Positions 35,674 to 49,100 of a stretch of DNA of 64,000 nucleotides are shown piece by piece (the stretch's first letter is position 1; each line of letters begins with the position of its first letter). The DNA is from Epiperipatus broadwayi (Eukaryota; Animalia; Onychophora): positions 19,034,001 to 19,098,000 of the forward strand of contig JAQFVV010000006.1 of the NCBI GenBank assembly GCA_028023455.1, given 5' to 3'. A program made the position numbers and the translations under genes. The notes under the pieces were generated by a model. The model was not told where the DNA came from. It saw only the letters and a list, made by a program, of their open reading frames with translations, and made no database searches.

Positions 35674-36567
35674 CTGAAAAAAATACAAAAAAATGAGTTA
35701 ATAAAATAACAAAAAGCAGTTTATTTAATTAATAATAATAATTTATAATCATTTATAAAAATGTGCACATAATCATTATTCAAAAAATACAACAACATCT
35801 CACAATAATTGTGAGTTAGGAATCAGTCATCCACTGTTAAATAAGTATCACTATTGAATAAATTATAGCTTTTTCCCTTATGAATATGTATAATAACTAA
35901 AAGACAGTTGCTACTATGCTATCTGAAATCTAGCACTGTGTGTACATGTATAGGTCTATTTTATATTGTGTAAATAAAGTTCATATATTTGTAGTAGATA
36001 GGAAGTGAATAAAATTTCCGAAATTATAATCATTCTAGAAATTAACATATGCAAAATATGCATTTGAATTTGCATTAAACTAATGTATGCTGATGTATAT
36101 AGATTTATGAAGATAATTTTAATGATACAAAACCTACAGGTAATTATCCAAAGAGAGTGTATGTGCAAAGAAGAAAAAGAGAAAGGATACATATTTATTT
36201 CAATTTACACAAAACTTTGTGTGAAGCAGTTCAAGTCCCACTATAAGAAGATAAACTGGTGCATATGTAGAATAAATCTGTAAAATAGAAATTATGTTCT
36301 TCATCATAACAATAAGGGTAGTAATTGTATTTAACTTCATACTTATATTTATTTGTTTTTGCCTCAAGTTAATAAATTCATGTTAAGTTTTAAATTTTCA
36401 TGTTATCAATAAGTATTTAGCAAACAAGTGCAATTGATATTTTTACAAAAAACCAGGACAATAATGAAAAGAATGTTGTCTACATGTAGAGATCAGCTCA
36501 TTTCGAAAGTTTGTGAAATTTGGAAATATTAACAGAATGTTATGGATGACCTTTAAAGAAGAAGAAT

Positions 36568-37085
36568 GGCATTGCGTAATAGTTCCACTAGCAAATTTGA
36601 TATTAGCAATACCAAGAGTTAAAAAATGTAGATTGAGCATGTAGACAGATGTATGTTTAGTAACAATATTGTGGATGACAATCTCAAGGTAGCAACATTA
36701 ATATGGATGTATGATAAAGAGATACTACAAATGGGAAACTGTCTCTGTGATCTTAAAGCTCTAGAGAAAGTACCTTATAAAAAGATAAAAGAGAACTTAA
36801 CAAGTATTTTAAACCTGTATCGAATTTGGTGGCATGTCTCAGATTCAAGAACAGAAGCCAGGCACTACATGAAAAAATTCAAAATTATAATGTGAGATTG
36901 TATACATTAGTTAAAGTGTGCAACTTCAATACTGTGATAGGTCACAAGCTTCTCGATCGGTTATTACAGGAAATGAATGACACTAAGCTTAGATAAGATC
37001 TGCTGAGTAAACCTAATTTAATGTACAAACATGCACTAGAAAAATTTTTGGCTTATGAGACTACGCTGGAAAATATTCATATATC
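36568..37085 (+). pseudogene. Mag-like Gypsy gag remnant, antisense within the presumed KCTD intron
   Basis: Frameshift-joined reading: FDISNT..MFSNNIVDDNLKVATLI..PYKKIKENLTKYFKP..RFKNRSQ..IQNYNVRL..KVCNF..LLDRLL..DLLSKPNL..ALEKFLAYE. Confidence 0.75.
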
Positions 37086-37621
37086 TAGAATAACAGATTA
37101 CTTTTTTACTACTCTTTTTTAATTATGGTATTTAGTAATGAGGATATTAACAACTGATTGCACATTCTATCATCTATTCTTTATGTGTATTCAATAATCA
37201 CAATAATCATTGTTATATTTAAAGTAAATTTGTCACTTTACAATAAATTGTAATAATTTGATATTGATAAATAAGTATAATAAAGGTATGTGGGAGAGGG
37301 TGACCTGAGATGCCTGAAACATACCGGTTCTATATGAAATGCACTATAGAAGTTATTTGACTTTTCCAGACATTTTTATTCATGGATAAAAGTATGTGAA
37401 ATAGTATGAAAGTTAGAAGTATAAACTATAATTTATTAAAATGAAGATCTTCATGGTTATAAAATGAATATAAAAACTTTTTGGGTTGTACCAGTATGAA
37501 GAAGGTCTTCATCCACCAAACAGAAGAATTCTTGGCTGACTATAAAAAATAAAAAAAATATGGAAATTTTATTAATGCATCACCTATTTTTAGTGGTTAG
37601 TCATCAAATATACTGAACCAA

Positions 37622-39963
37622 TATTGAACCAAATTGATATCTGATTCAATGGTTTTATTACCAAAAATGAAAAAAAAACTTTTAATTTTCGTAAAATTTC
37701 TAATGTTAAAAAAATTTTCAATTATTTAAAAAGAGTAAGTGTATTAAAACACACACTCTTTTTATATTTAAAATAGGCCATTTTAATTTTTTTTTATTTA
37801 TAGAATTTATTTTAAAATAGTTTTATTTCACCGCTTGTTTTTAATCAATTTGATTAAAAACAAGCAAGCTTGTTAATTACATTCCTGTTGCTTTTATTTT
37901 ATTCATTTCTAAATTCATTCTAACAGTGGAGATTTAATTTTGTGTTGTTGTTTTTCTTTAAAATAATTCCTGGTTAGAATTCTGCATTAGATTGATCAGG
38001 AGATTGACATTTTCCCTGTCCTAAGGTGTAGAATTCGACAACAGGAAACGTTTTCATTGGAAATGTAGCTCGGTATAAATAGCCCCCCGCAAATTTTGTG
38101 GAATAGATTATTCTTGACTAAGAAGCTGTTTCAAAGTGGTAGATTCAATATTAATTTTACACTTTGATTATAGCCTTCTGAGATTCATAGTATTTTGGTG
38201 GCAGTTTGGACATTTAATTCCTTTTAAAAAAACTTGCAATTGTTAACAGACTTCACTGCTTTACAAGATGTTCAAAATCTACTACTCTACATTTTGTCAT
38301 CATCAATATGTCTTGCTAAATTAATTCAAAAGACAGACCCATGCCTTTCAACTTTCCTTCAGTCATGCTGTAAAAGTCTAAGATAAGCCAGATCCCCAAT
38401 ATGCCTCGATACATTCTTCTGTCAAAATGGAATACCTGAAATATGAACTGAAATAAAAGTGCACACTCTACACAAACTTTGCATTACCATAAGGTAAATA
38501 TTTCCTTTTATTTTATCCAGAGTAAAGTCTTTTAGTTAAATCTACACTCAATCTTAAACATAAATCTGTATTCTTAATCATTATTTAACCTCATATTTAT
38601 TAACTGTATTTGTTTTTCATTGTACTTTAGCGTGTGTCTTGGAATCTTAGTTTTAAATTCCAAGTTTGCTTTCAATTTTATTTATCTGAGTGTCTAGTGA
38701 GGGTATATTTTTATATGCTTAATATATTTCTAATTATATGCTTAACTTTTTATAAATGCTTTAGCTGTCTTGTGTAATTTTAAATTAGCTCACCTGTATT
38801 TATTTTATTATCCACTTATTGAATTAAAATACTGTGTATGTGCTTATGCAAACCAAAAAATCTTTTGGCTGGCGATTTATCGTGTTTATTGTTCTAGTGT
38901 TCCATATTTGGATATTTCATTTCTTCTTTTACTTATGTCTCTGAAAAAGGAAACTGGAATTGTTGTTCTTTGTAATTTTATAACTCACCAGCAGAAAGAT
39001 AATATTTATTCCCTTGTAAACTACAGGTGGAAGAGAGTTTCATTCTGCTAAAGTATTTAATGCTTTAATATTTTCTGCTCATATGCACTCTCTGATAAGC
39101 TAACTTATATAAAAATCTAGAAATGTTTATATTTAGCTTGCTAGATTTATTTTGATCTTTTATGTGTGACTAAATTTTATCAGAGCACGTACTCAGAACT
39201 TTGTAGATTTATTTTTAATTATATTTAATTCACTCTTTTGAAATGCTTGGGCAGACAGAATTGCTTTTCTAATTATTTACTTGTCTCCTATTGAGACCTT
39301 TAATTATTATTAGTTTTGGCCCCTTGTTTGGTTGGGGATTCACCAGTTTTAAATGTCTGTTTTCCTTTCATCCTAAATCATATTTTTTGTTTGTTCTTGG
39401 GGTAAATCAATCATCTTTGCTTTGGATGTAGTATAAGATGCAGCTTCTATTGGCACATGATGTTCCTGGTCCCGATGCATTTTTCCGGGCCAAGAAATGC
39501 TCACTGGCACTGGTTTCATTGATTTATTTCAAGAACATATTTCTTTCATATCTGTGAATGGAAAAAGTGTTGTGGTGGATTCTCTGTTGAAAGAAATTTG
39601 TTCCCTCCCTTTCTAATTCACTATTAGAAAATTAGTTTGTCTGCCAGAGTGTTGAATTTTATTATTTCTGGTACACACCTGATATAACCCTACTTATTAT
39701 ATTATAAACTTTTTCTTATAATTTATATTTCCTGTAAATAAAATTTTAAAATTTGTTTAAATTTAATTTGGCTGATATTTGTCTTAGTGCTTTTATTTCT
39801 CAATTATCTAAACAATATTTAAGATTTCTTGTTTCTCCCTAAATCTAGTCAGTGCAAACCATCATCCTCATCCATTTTGATCTCAGTAAATAAATTCTCC
39901 AGAAATGTAGTTATCTGGTCATGCCCTCTGTGATCGGGATGAATAGAGTGTCCAGTACATACA
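37622..39963. repeat. ~2.3-kb direct repeat, copy 1 (putative long LTR)
   Basis: Aligns along its length to 41631-43710 plus ~51400-51457, with scattered substitutions and indels. Consensus ends are compatible with TG...CA (t[a/g]ttgaacc ... ccagtaca). Confidence 0.9.
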
Positions 39964-40412
39964 TTATTAATTTTAGTGCAGCCAACGTAGCCCATGTGAG
40001 ATTTTGTTTAGATAAATGAGAAACATTTCAGATGTAAGAGGCAATATTTAGTAGGTGGGGGTCGTTTTTTGTTAGTATGGCAGGTATTGCTGGAGCAGTT
40101 TGATAGAAGGGGTTCATCTTTTCCATATGAAATAATTTATAGAAAACAATAAATAGGTTTTTTTTAAAAAATTCTTTCGGAATTAGTTTTTGGAATTTAA
40201 AAGATTAAATAGTTCGTCTTTTTCATATGATAAAAATAATATATGAATAGTTATAGCGATTTTCTGAGAAATCTGTAAATACAACAACAAAAAAGTTAAA
40301 TATAGTTTGTTGTCTTGTTCATCGAAAATAAATATACAAATAGAAAATAGCATTTTATTTTATTTTAGATTTAAAAAAAAAAAAATTATAGTGAATTTAG
40401 TCTTCTGTAAAA

Positions 40413-41109
40413 TTGGGAGTAGTTGAAAAAGAAGAGTCAGAGACACACAGGATGATGATGATGATATTGGACATGATGAGGGAAATGTGTCAAGAAATAA
40501 AGGAAGAAAATAGAGAAATGCATAAAAAAATGAAGGAAAAAATTAGTGAATTCAAGCAAAGTCAGCAAGCAATGCTGGCAGAATTCAAAGCAGAAATAAA
40601 GGAAGAAAATAGAGAATTTCATCAAGAAATAAAGGAAGAAATTAGGGAGTGTAAAGCAGAAATGATTAGAGAAATGAAGGTAGTGAGGGGTGAAATAATG
40701 GGACAAGTAGAGATGAATCAAGAGGCTATAAAAACTATAGAAAATGAATTAAGTAATCTCTACTGATAGGCAGGAAGAGGAAGTAGTAAAAGAAGATATA
40801 AAAATGAAATTAGAACAAGATAGTCTTAAAATAGATAAAGTGGAAATAAAATTAGAAGCAAACAAAGATTGGGTACAGATAGAAAGTGTGGTGGAAAATC
40901 TAGAAAGTGTAGATATAGAAATAGAAGAAAGTTATAAGATAAAGACAGAAAATCAGGTAAAAGAGTCTCCATGTGAAACTAAAAATAAATTGGTTTTAAT
41001 AAATATTTATTTTGAATATGAATTCAAAAAGAAGAAAAGAGTTAGAAAAAAGATTAAGAAATATGATTTTAAAACAGAAATACAATCTATCTATAGAACA
41101 ATCATTTAA
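40413..41109 (+). pseudogene. Broken coiled-coil ORF between the long repeats, gag-N-terminus-like
   Basis: E/K/M-rich heptad sequence with the internal repeat EIKEENRE(M/F)H..(M/I)KE(K/E)I. Stop at 40766, then continues in a second ORF. Confidence 0.45.
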
Positions 41110-43710
41110 AACGTTCAAAAAATAGGCAGAAGATAAAATTTTTCCACTTACTAGTGTTGATAATATTGAAAATAAAGTAGGAAAGCATAAAGAATTGGAA
41201 TGTTTCATTAAGAAAAAGATTCACATATATGATCTGGAAAGCGAAACAGAATGTGAAAGGGATGAGAGAAAAATGTATATGCTAGAAAATAGAACAGAAT
41301 GAGAAAGAAACAAAATCGTAAATTCTAGGCAAGTAAAATATAAGAGAGGGAAAGGAATTCATTTCAGAAAGTTAGTAAAAGGAGTAAAAGAACTGCCAGA
41401 TAAAAGTTAAGGGTTCACCTTTAGTAATTGGACAGATTGTTTTTTAAAAAAAAGGATTTTGTTAATGTCTTATGAGAATGGATAAATGAGAAATGTTTAA
41501 AATAAATTATTGTTGTTTTTTTTTTTTTTTTTTGAGTGCAAGGCAAATGTTCAGTCAGGTTACTCGAAATGTTTATAGTTTTAAAAAAAAAAGAGCCCAG
41601 GAATGTTTTTTTTTGATCACATATTTAGGCAGTTGAACCGGATTGATATCCAATTCAATGTTAAAATTTTTTTCAATTATTTAAAAAGAGTACGTGTATT
41701 AAAACACATACTCTTTTTATATTTAAAATAGGTCATTTTAATTTTCTTTTATTTATAGAATTCATTTTAAAATAGTTTTCTTTCACCATTTGTTTTTAAT
41801 CAATTTGATTAAAAACAAACAAGCTTGTTAATTACATTCCTGTTGCTTTTATTTTATTCATTTCTAAATTCATTCTAAAAGTGGAGATTTAATTTTGTGT
41901 TGTTGTTTTTGTTTAAAATAATCCCTGGTTAGAATTCCTCATTAGATTGAGTGGGAGATTGAGATTTGCCCTGTCCTAAAGTGTAGAATTTGACAACAAG
42001 AAAAGTTTTCACGGGAAATGTAGCATGGTATAAATAACCCCCTGCAAATTTTGGGGAATAGATTATTCTTGACTTTGTTGCTTTACAAGATGTCCAAAAT
42101 CTACTACTCTACATTTTGTCATCATCAATATGTCTTGCTAGCTTAACCCAAAAGACGGACCCATGCCTGCCAACTTTCCTTCAGTCATGCTGTAAAAGTC
42201 TAAGATAAGCTCGATTCCCAATATGCCTTGACATTTTCCTCTGGCAAAATGGAACACCTGAAATATGAACTGAAATAAAAGTGCACACTCTGCATGAACT
42301 TTGCATTACCATAAGGTAAATATTTCCTTCTATTCCTTCCAGGATAAATTCTTTTAGTTAAATCTCCACTCAATCTTAAACATAAATCTGTATTCTTAAT
42401 CATTATTTAACCTATTTATTAGCTGTATTTGTTTTTCATTGTACTTTGCCATGTCTTGGAATCTTAGTTTAAGATTCCAAGTTTGCTTTCAATTTTATTT
42501 ATCAAAGGGTGACTAGTAAAAGTATATTTTTATATGCTTAAGATATTTCTAATTATATGCCTAACTTTTTATAAATGCTTTAGCTGTCTTGTGTAATTTT
42601 AAATTAGCTCACCTATATTTATTTTATTATCCATTTATTGAATTAAAATACTGTGTATATGCTTATGCAAACCGAAAAATCTTTTGGCTGGCGATTTATC
42701 ATGCTTATTGTTCTAGTGTTCCATATTTGGAGATTTTGTTTCTTCTTTTCTTATGTCTCTGAAATAGGAAACTGGAATTGTTGATCTTTGTAATTTTATA
42801 AATCACCAGCAGGAAGATAATATTTATTCCCTTGTAAACTACAGGTGGAAGAGAGTTTCATTCTGCTAAAGTATTTAATGCTTTAATATTTTCTGCTCAT
42901 ATGCACTCTCTGATAAACTAACTTATATAAAAATCTAGGACATTTATTTTTACGTTGCTATATTTATTTTGGTCTTTTACATGTAACTAAATTTTATTAG
43001 AGCATGTACTCAGAACTTTGTAGATTTATTTATAATTATAATTAGTTCACTCTTTTGAAATGCTTGGGCAGACCGAATTGCTTTTCTAATTATTTACTTG
43101 TCTCCTATTGAGACCTTTGATTATTATTAGCCATTCATTTATTTGGGGATTTGCCAGTTTTAAATGTCTGTTTTCCTTTCATCCTAAATCATATTTTTCG
43201 TTTGCTCTTGGGGTAAATCAAGCATCTTTGCTTTGAATGTAGTATAAGATGAAACTTCTACCAGCATATGACATTCCTAGTCCTGACACATTTTCCAGGC
43301 CAAGAAATGCTCACTGGCACTGGTTTCGTTGATTTATTTCAACAACATATTGTTTTCGTACCTGTGAATGAAAACAGTGTTGTGGTGGTTTCTCTGCTGA
43401 AAGAAATTTGTTCCCTCCATTTCTAATTCACTATTAGAAAATTAGTCTGTCTGCCAGAGCATTGAATTTTATTATTTCTGGTACAAACCTGATATAACCC
43501 TATTTGTTATATTATAATTTTTTTCTTATAATTTATATTTCCTGTAAATAAAATTTTAAAATTTGTTTAAACTTAATTCGGCTGATGTTTATCTTAGTAC
43601 TGTTATTTCTCAATTGTCTAAACAATATTTATCATTTCTTGTTTCTCACTAAATTTAATTGGTGCAAACCATCATCATCATCCATTCTGATCACAGTAAA
43701 TAAATTTTCC

Positions 43711-43853
43711 ATGTGATGTGATGTGGCTTCTCCTTAAACAAAGGCAAGAATATCTCAGCAATTATACCCACATAAACCTGTTAACCACTTTATTTTCCAT
43801 TCCCCACTCTTAAATTTTCCCATATTCTACTCCATCCCAATTCTTCCTTTTCT
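43711..43853 (-). mobile_element. LINE copy C: ~140-bp 3' end with (ACATC)n tail
   Basis: atgtgatgtgatgt tail on the plus strand, followed by the same 3' UTR as 46143-46290. Confidence 0.85.
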
Positions 43854-43854
43854 A

Positions 43855-46140
43855 CATGTAATGTGATGTAGTTACTCCTTAAATGAAGTCAAAAATCTCT
43901 CATCAATTATACCAAGAAAAACTTGTTAGCTACTTAATTTTACATTCCCCAGTCTAATTTTTCCCATATTCTGCTCCATCCCATTTCCACAACATAATCT
44001 TTGTCAACTCTACAGCCTTTATATCTAAATCCCCCTTATCTTTTTCCAAACCCAGCATAAAAACCAATAATCTACTTTCTGGATAATCACTTTTTTCACA
44101 TTTATTTCCCCATAACTTCATTATATGTGCCCTTTCTGTTTTCAAGCATTTACATTCAATTAACAAATGCCTAATATTTTCTATTCCTTCCTTACATAAT
44201 TTACAGACGAAATCACCCATATTTTTCCATTTACATGTATATTCTCTTGTTGCTAAAGATTCTGGTTGAGCTTTAAACAATAAATGACTTTCCTTACTAT
44301 TATCATAAATTAACTCACACCTAATATTCCGTTTATTATATATTTAAACTCTTTTTACTTTCCATATTAGTTCTCCATCTCTCTAACTCCCTATTCTTTA
44401 TTAGTAAATCTATTCTTTTATCCAATTCCTTACCACTATAACACTCAACAATCCTCCTAACACAATCATCCTATCTTTTATACAAATATACAGATATAAA
44501 TTCTTTATCCAAATCTTTTGCATACTGTATTACCTTTCTCACCCATCTTGTTACCTGCCCTTTACTCATAACCCAATTAAATACTATTTTAGCTATTCTT
44601 TTATTATCCATAAACTGCAATCTACCAAACATTTTCATTTTACTTTTTGCATCTCTCATATGAAAACTTGACCATCCCATTCCTCCTTGAATTGCCTCCC
44701 TTGCTGTCCATATATCTGCATCCAATGCATGTCTTCCTACTTCCCTTTGAACTTTTTCTAAGTTATTTAATATCCCATTACTAACATATAATGCATCATT
44801 ACCATATGTTAACCTTGCTACTGCAACTCCTTTCCATATAATTCTAGTTACATCATATTTATTATATGAAAACACTGTTAATTTCTTTATCAAATCCTTT
44901 CTTTTCTTTGATTCATTTATCAATTTTTTCTCCCATTCATCCAAATAATTTTTCTGATTATTTAAAATAATTCCCAAATAACTATATCTATTCACCACAC
45001 TTAACTTAATATCCCCCAACAAAAATTCTACATCTTCTCTTGCCCCAGTATTAACCATCATTATATTTGATTTTTCTTCACTAAATTTAATCCCCATCTC
45101 TCTACCCACCCTTTCACATGTTCTCAACATAACTTCCATATCTTCTCTTCTTTCTGCACACAAAAAAATATCATCTGAAAAAAAAGACCTGACAAAATAT
45201 ATACTCCCTTACTACCTATTAACGGTATCTCTATCTCTCTTCCTAATCTTTCTATTACTCTTTCCATTTCACTCAAATACAATACAAACAAAATAGGTGA
45301 CAAAGGACATCCTTGCCTTAGTCCCACCCCATTTTTAACTTTAACTGATTCTATATTCCCTAATTGATATATATAATAATTATTTTCATATAATTTCTTT
45401 TTAATATCTACTAAAGCTCCATCCATTTCCAAATTTACTAAACTTATCCATAATCTATTTCCATTTACTCTATCATATGCCTTCTCTATATCTATAAAAC
45501 TCATATATAACTGTTTACCTGAATTCCTACTCATATCCATAAGTTATGTAACTACAAATAAACTATCTCCTATATGCCTATCTAATCTAAAATCTCCTTG
45601 CATTTCCCCCACTACATTATTCCCTTCCATCCATTTTACAACTCTTCTAGCCACCATATATGAAAAAACTTATATAAAACTGATGTTACCACTATTGGTC
45701 TATAATTATTTAACTTTCTATGATCCTTACCCTTTCCTTTAAATAATAATCTTACTCTTCTATTACTCCAACTACTTGGGAAAACTCTATTCTTTGTCAT
45801 CTTATTAAAACAAGATAATACCTTTATTTTTGCTTTATATCCTAAATTCATTAACATCTCTGCTGCCCATCCATCTAAATCTCTTGCCTTTCCACTTTTC
45901 AATTTCTTTTCTACTTCATTCAATTCATTTTCTGAAAACCTAATATTCCCATTACTATATACTTTCATATTTTCTATCACTCTATCCTTCACATCTAACA
46001 TCTTTTCTATATTCATTACATATCTATTTAAGATTCTCTCTAAACCTTCTCTAAAACTTTACTCTATTCCCTCATCATCTAGTAATATTATCTCTCTCTC
46101 CCCTACATTTCTTTTTTTAATATAAATTCCAAATTTTTTT
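43855..46140 (-). mobile_element. LINE copy B: 5'-truncated (RT and C-terminal CCHC finger)
   Basis: LKSGKARDLDGW, YRPIVVTSVLYK, FIDIEKAYDRV, GLRQGCPLSP, F(S)DDI, CKLCKEGIENIRHLLIEC. Its own tail is at 43856-43870. Confidence 0.92.
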
Positions 46141-49100
46141 AGATGTGATGTGATGTATTCGGCTTCTCCTTAAACGAAGTCAAGAATATCTCAGTAATTA
46201 TGCCCAGATAAACCTGTTAGCCACTTTATTTTCCATTCCCCACTCTAAGTCTTCCCATATTCTGCCCCATCCCATTTCCACAACACAATCTTTGTCAACT
46301 CTATGGCCTTTATATCTAAATCCCCCTTATCTTTTTGCAAACCCAGCATAAAAACTAATAACTCACTTTCTGTATATTCACTTTGTTCATACCTATTCTC
46401 CCATAACTTCATTATCTGTACCCTTTCTGCTTTCAAGCATTTACATTCAATCAACAGATGCCTAATATTTTCTATACCTTCCTTACACAATATGCACACT
46501 AAATCCCCCATAGTTATCCATTTACATGTATATTCTCTTGTTGCTAAAGATCCCATTCGAGCCTTAAACAATAAACTACTTTCCTTACTATTATCATAAA
46601 TTAACTCGCATCCAATATTCTGTTTACTTCTATATATATTTAAACACTTCTTACCCTCCATACTAGTTCTCCATCTCTCCAACTCCCTATTTTTTATTAA
46701 TGCTTCTATTCTTTTATCCCATTCCTTACCACTCTAACACTCAACAATCCTCCTACCACAATCAACCCACCTTTTATACAAGTAAACTGATATAAATTCT
46801 TTATCCAAATCTTTTGCATACCGCATTACCTTTCTCACCCATCTTGTTACCTGCCCTTTACTCTAACCCAATTAAACACTATTTTGGCTATTCTTTTACT
46901 ATCCATAAACTGCAACCTACCAAACATTTTCATTTTACTTTTTGCATCTCTCATATAAAAACTTGACCATCCCATTTCTCCTTGAATTGCCTCCTTTGCT
47001 GTCCACATCTCTGCATCTAATGCATATCTTCCTACTTCCCTTTGTACTTTCTCTAAATAATCTAAAACCCTTTTACTAACACATAATGCATCATTACCAT
47101 ATGTTAACCCTGCTACTGCAACTGTCTTCCATACAATTCTAGCTACATCATATTTATTATATGAAAATACTGTTAGTTTCTTTACCAAACTCTTTCTTTT
47201 CTTTGCTTCATTTACCAATTTTTTCTCCCATTCATCCAAGCAATTTTCCTGATTACATAAGATAATTCCCAAATACCTATATCTATCCACCACACTTAAC
47301 TTTATATCCCCCAATAAAAATTCTACATCTCTTTCCCCAGTATTAACCATCATTATATTTGATTTTTCTTCACTAAATTTAATCACCATCTCTTTATCCA
47401 CCCTTGCAATGTCCTCAACATAATATCCATATCTTCTCTTCTTTCTGCATACAAAAAGATATCCACAAAAAAAGACCCGACAAAGTATATACTCCCTTGC
47501 CACCTATTAACGGTATCTATACCCCTCTTCCTAGTCTTTCTATCGCTTTCTCCATTTCACTCAAAAACAACAAAAACAAAATAGGTGACATAGGGCATTC
47601 TTGCCTTAATCCCACCCCATTTTTAACTTTAACTGATTCTATTTCCCCTAATTGGTAAGAATAATAATTATTTTCATATAATTTCTTAATAATATTTACT
47701 AAAGCTTCATCCATTCCCAAATTGGCTAACCATACCCATAATCTATTTCTATTTACTCTATCATATGCTTTCTCTATATCTATAAAACTCATATATAACG
47801 ATCTACCTGAATTCCTACTCATCTCCATAAGTTGTGTAACTACAAACAAACTATCTCCTATACGCCTATCTGACCTGGCCTAAAACCTCCTTGCATTTCC
47901 CCAATACATTATTCTCTTCCATCCATTTTACAACTCTTCCAGCTACCATATATGAGAAAACTTTATATAAAACTGCTATCGGTCTATAATTATTAAACTT
48001 TCGATTATCCTTACCATTTCCTTTAAATAATAATTTTATTCTTGTAATACTCCAACTACCTGGAAAAACTCTCTTCTGGGCCATCTTATTAAAACATGAT
48101 AATAACTTTGTTTTTTCTCTATCCCCTAAATTCATTACCATCTCTGCTGCCCATCCATCTAAACCTCTCACCTTTCCACTTTTCAATCTCTTCCCTGCCT
48201 CCTTCAGTTCATTTTTTGTGAACCTAATATTCCCATTACTACCTGCTTTCATGTTTTCTATCACTAATTCCTTCACATCTAACATCATTTCTATATTCAT
48301 TACATATCTATTTAAGATTCTCTCTACTCTATTCCCTCATCATCTATTAATACTATCTCTCTTTCCCCTACATGTCTCCTTTTAATGTAATTCCAAAATT
48401 TTTTGCTCCCATCTCTTCCACTTTTATTAATATCCTCCAACAATTTACTATTTAACTTCATCCTCTCTCTATAATTATCCATTTTAGCCAACATTCTTCT
48501 TTTCTAAGTACTTTCCCCATTTAGCATTAATATCGTTTTCACTTTCTTTATTCTTAATAGCACCCTTATATTCTCTGCATGCTTCTTTCCTCTCTTTTAC
48601 ACTTTTACTAACTCTCATTTTTTATTACTTTTATTCCTCTGCATACTCTCAACTAAAACCCTATTTGCCATTTTTTCTATTTCACCACACCAGTCCTTAT
48701 ATTCATTCCCAACCAACTGCTCCATGATTTCTTCAACTTTTATTTTATACTCTTCCAATTTATTCTTATCATTTACTCTCCATCCACATCTTTCACTATT
48801 ATTTCTATCCTCCATTGCATTACTAACCATTTCTATTACAATAAAGTTATGATCACTATTACATACTCTCTCTTCATTCTCAAACACCTTAATTTTCCGT
48901 ATTTTATTCATTCCCTCTTTCTCTACCAATACATAATCTATTGTGTGAAATACATTATTCCTAGACCATGTGTATTGTCCCTCATACATATTTGATAAAT
49001 TCCCGATGCTCAAATTTACTCTTTGACAAAATTTCTTCAAAAACTGACCATTCTTATTATCTGCATCATCAATTTCTTCAATATGTCCATTCATATCCCC

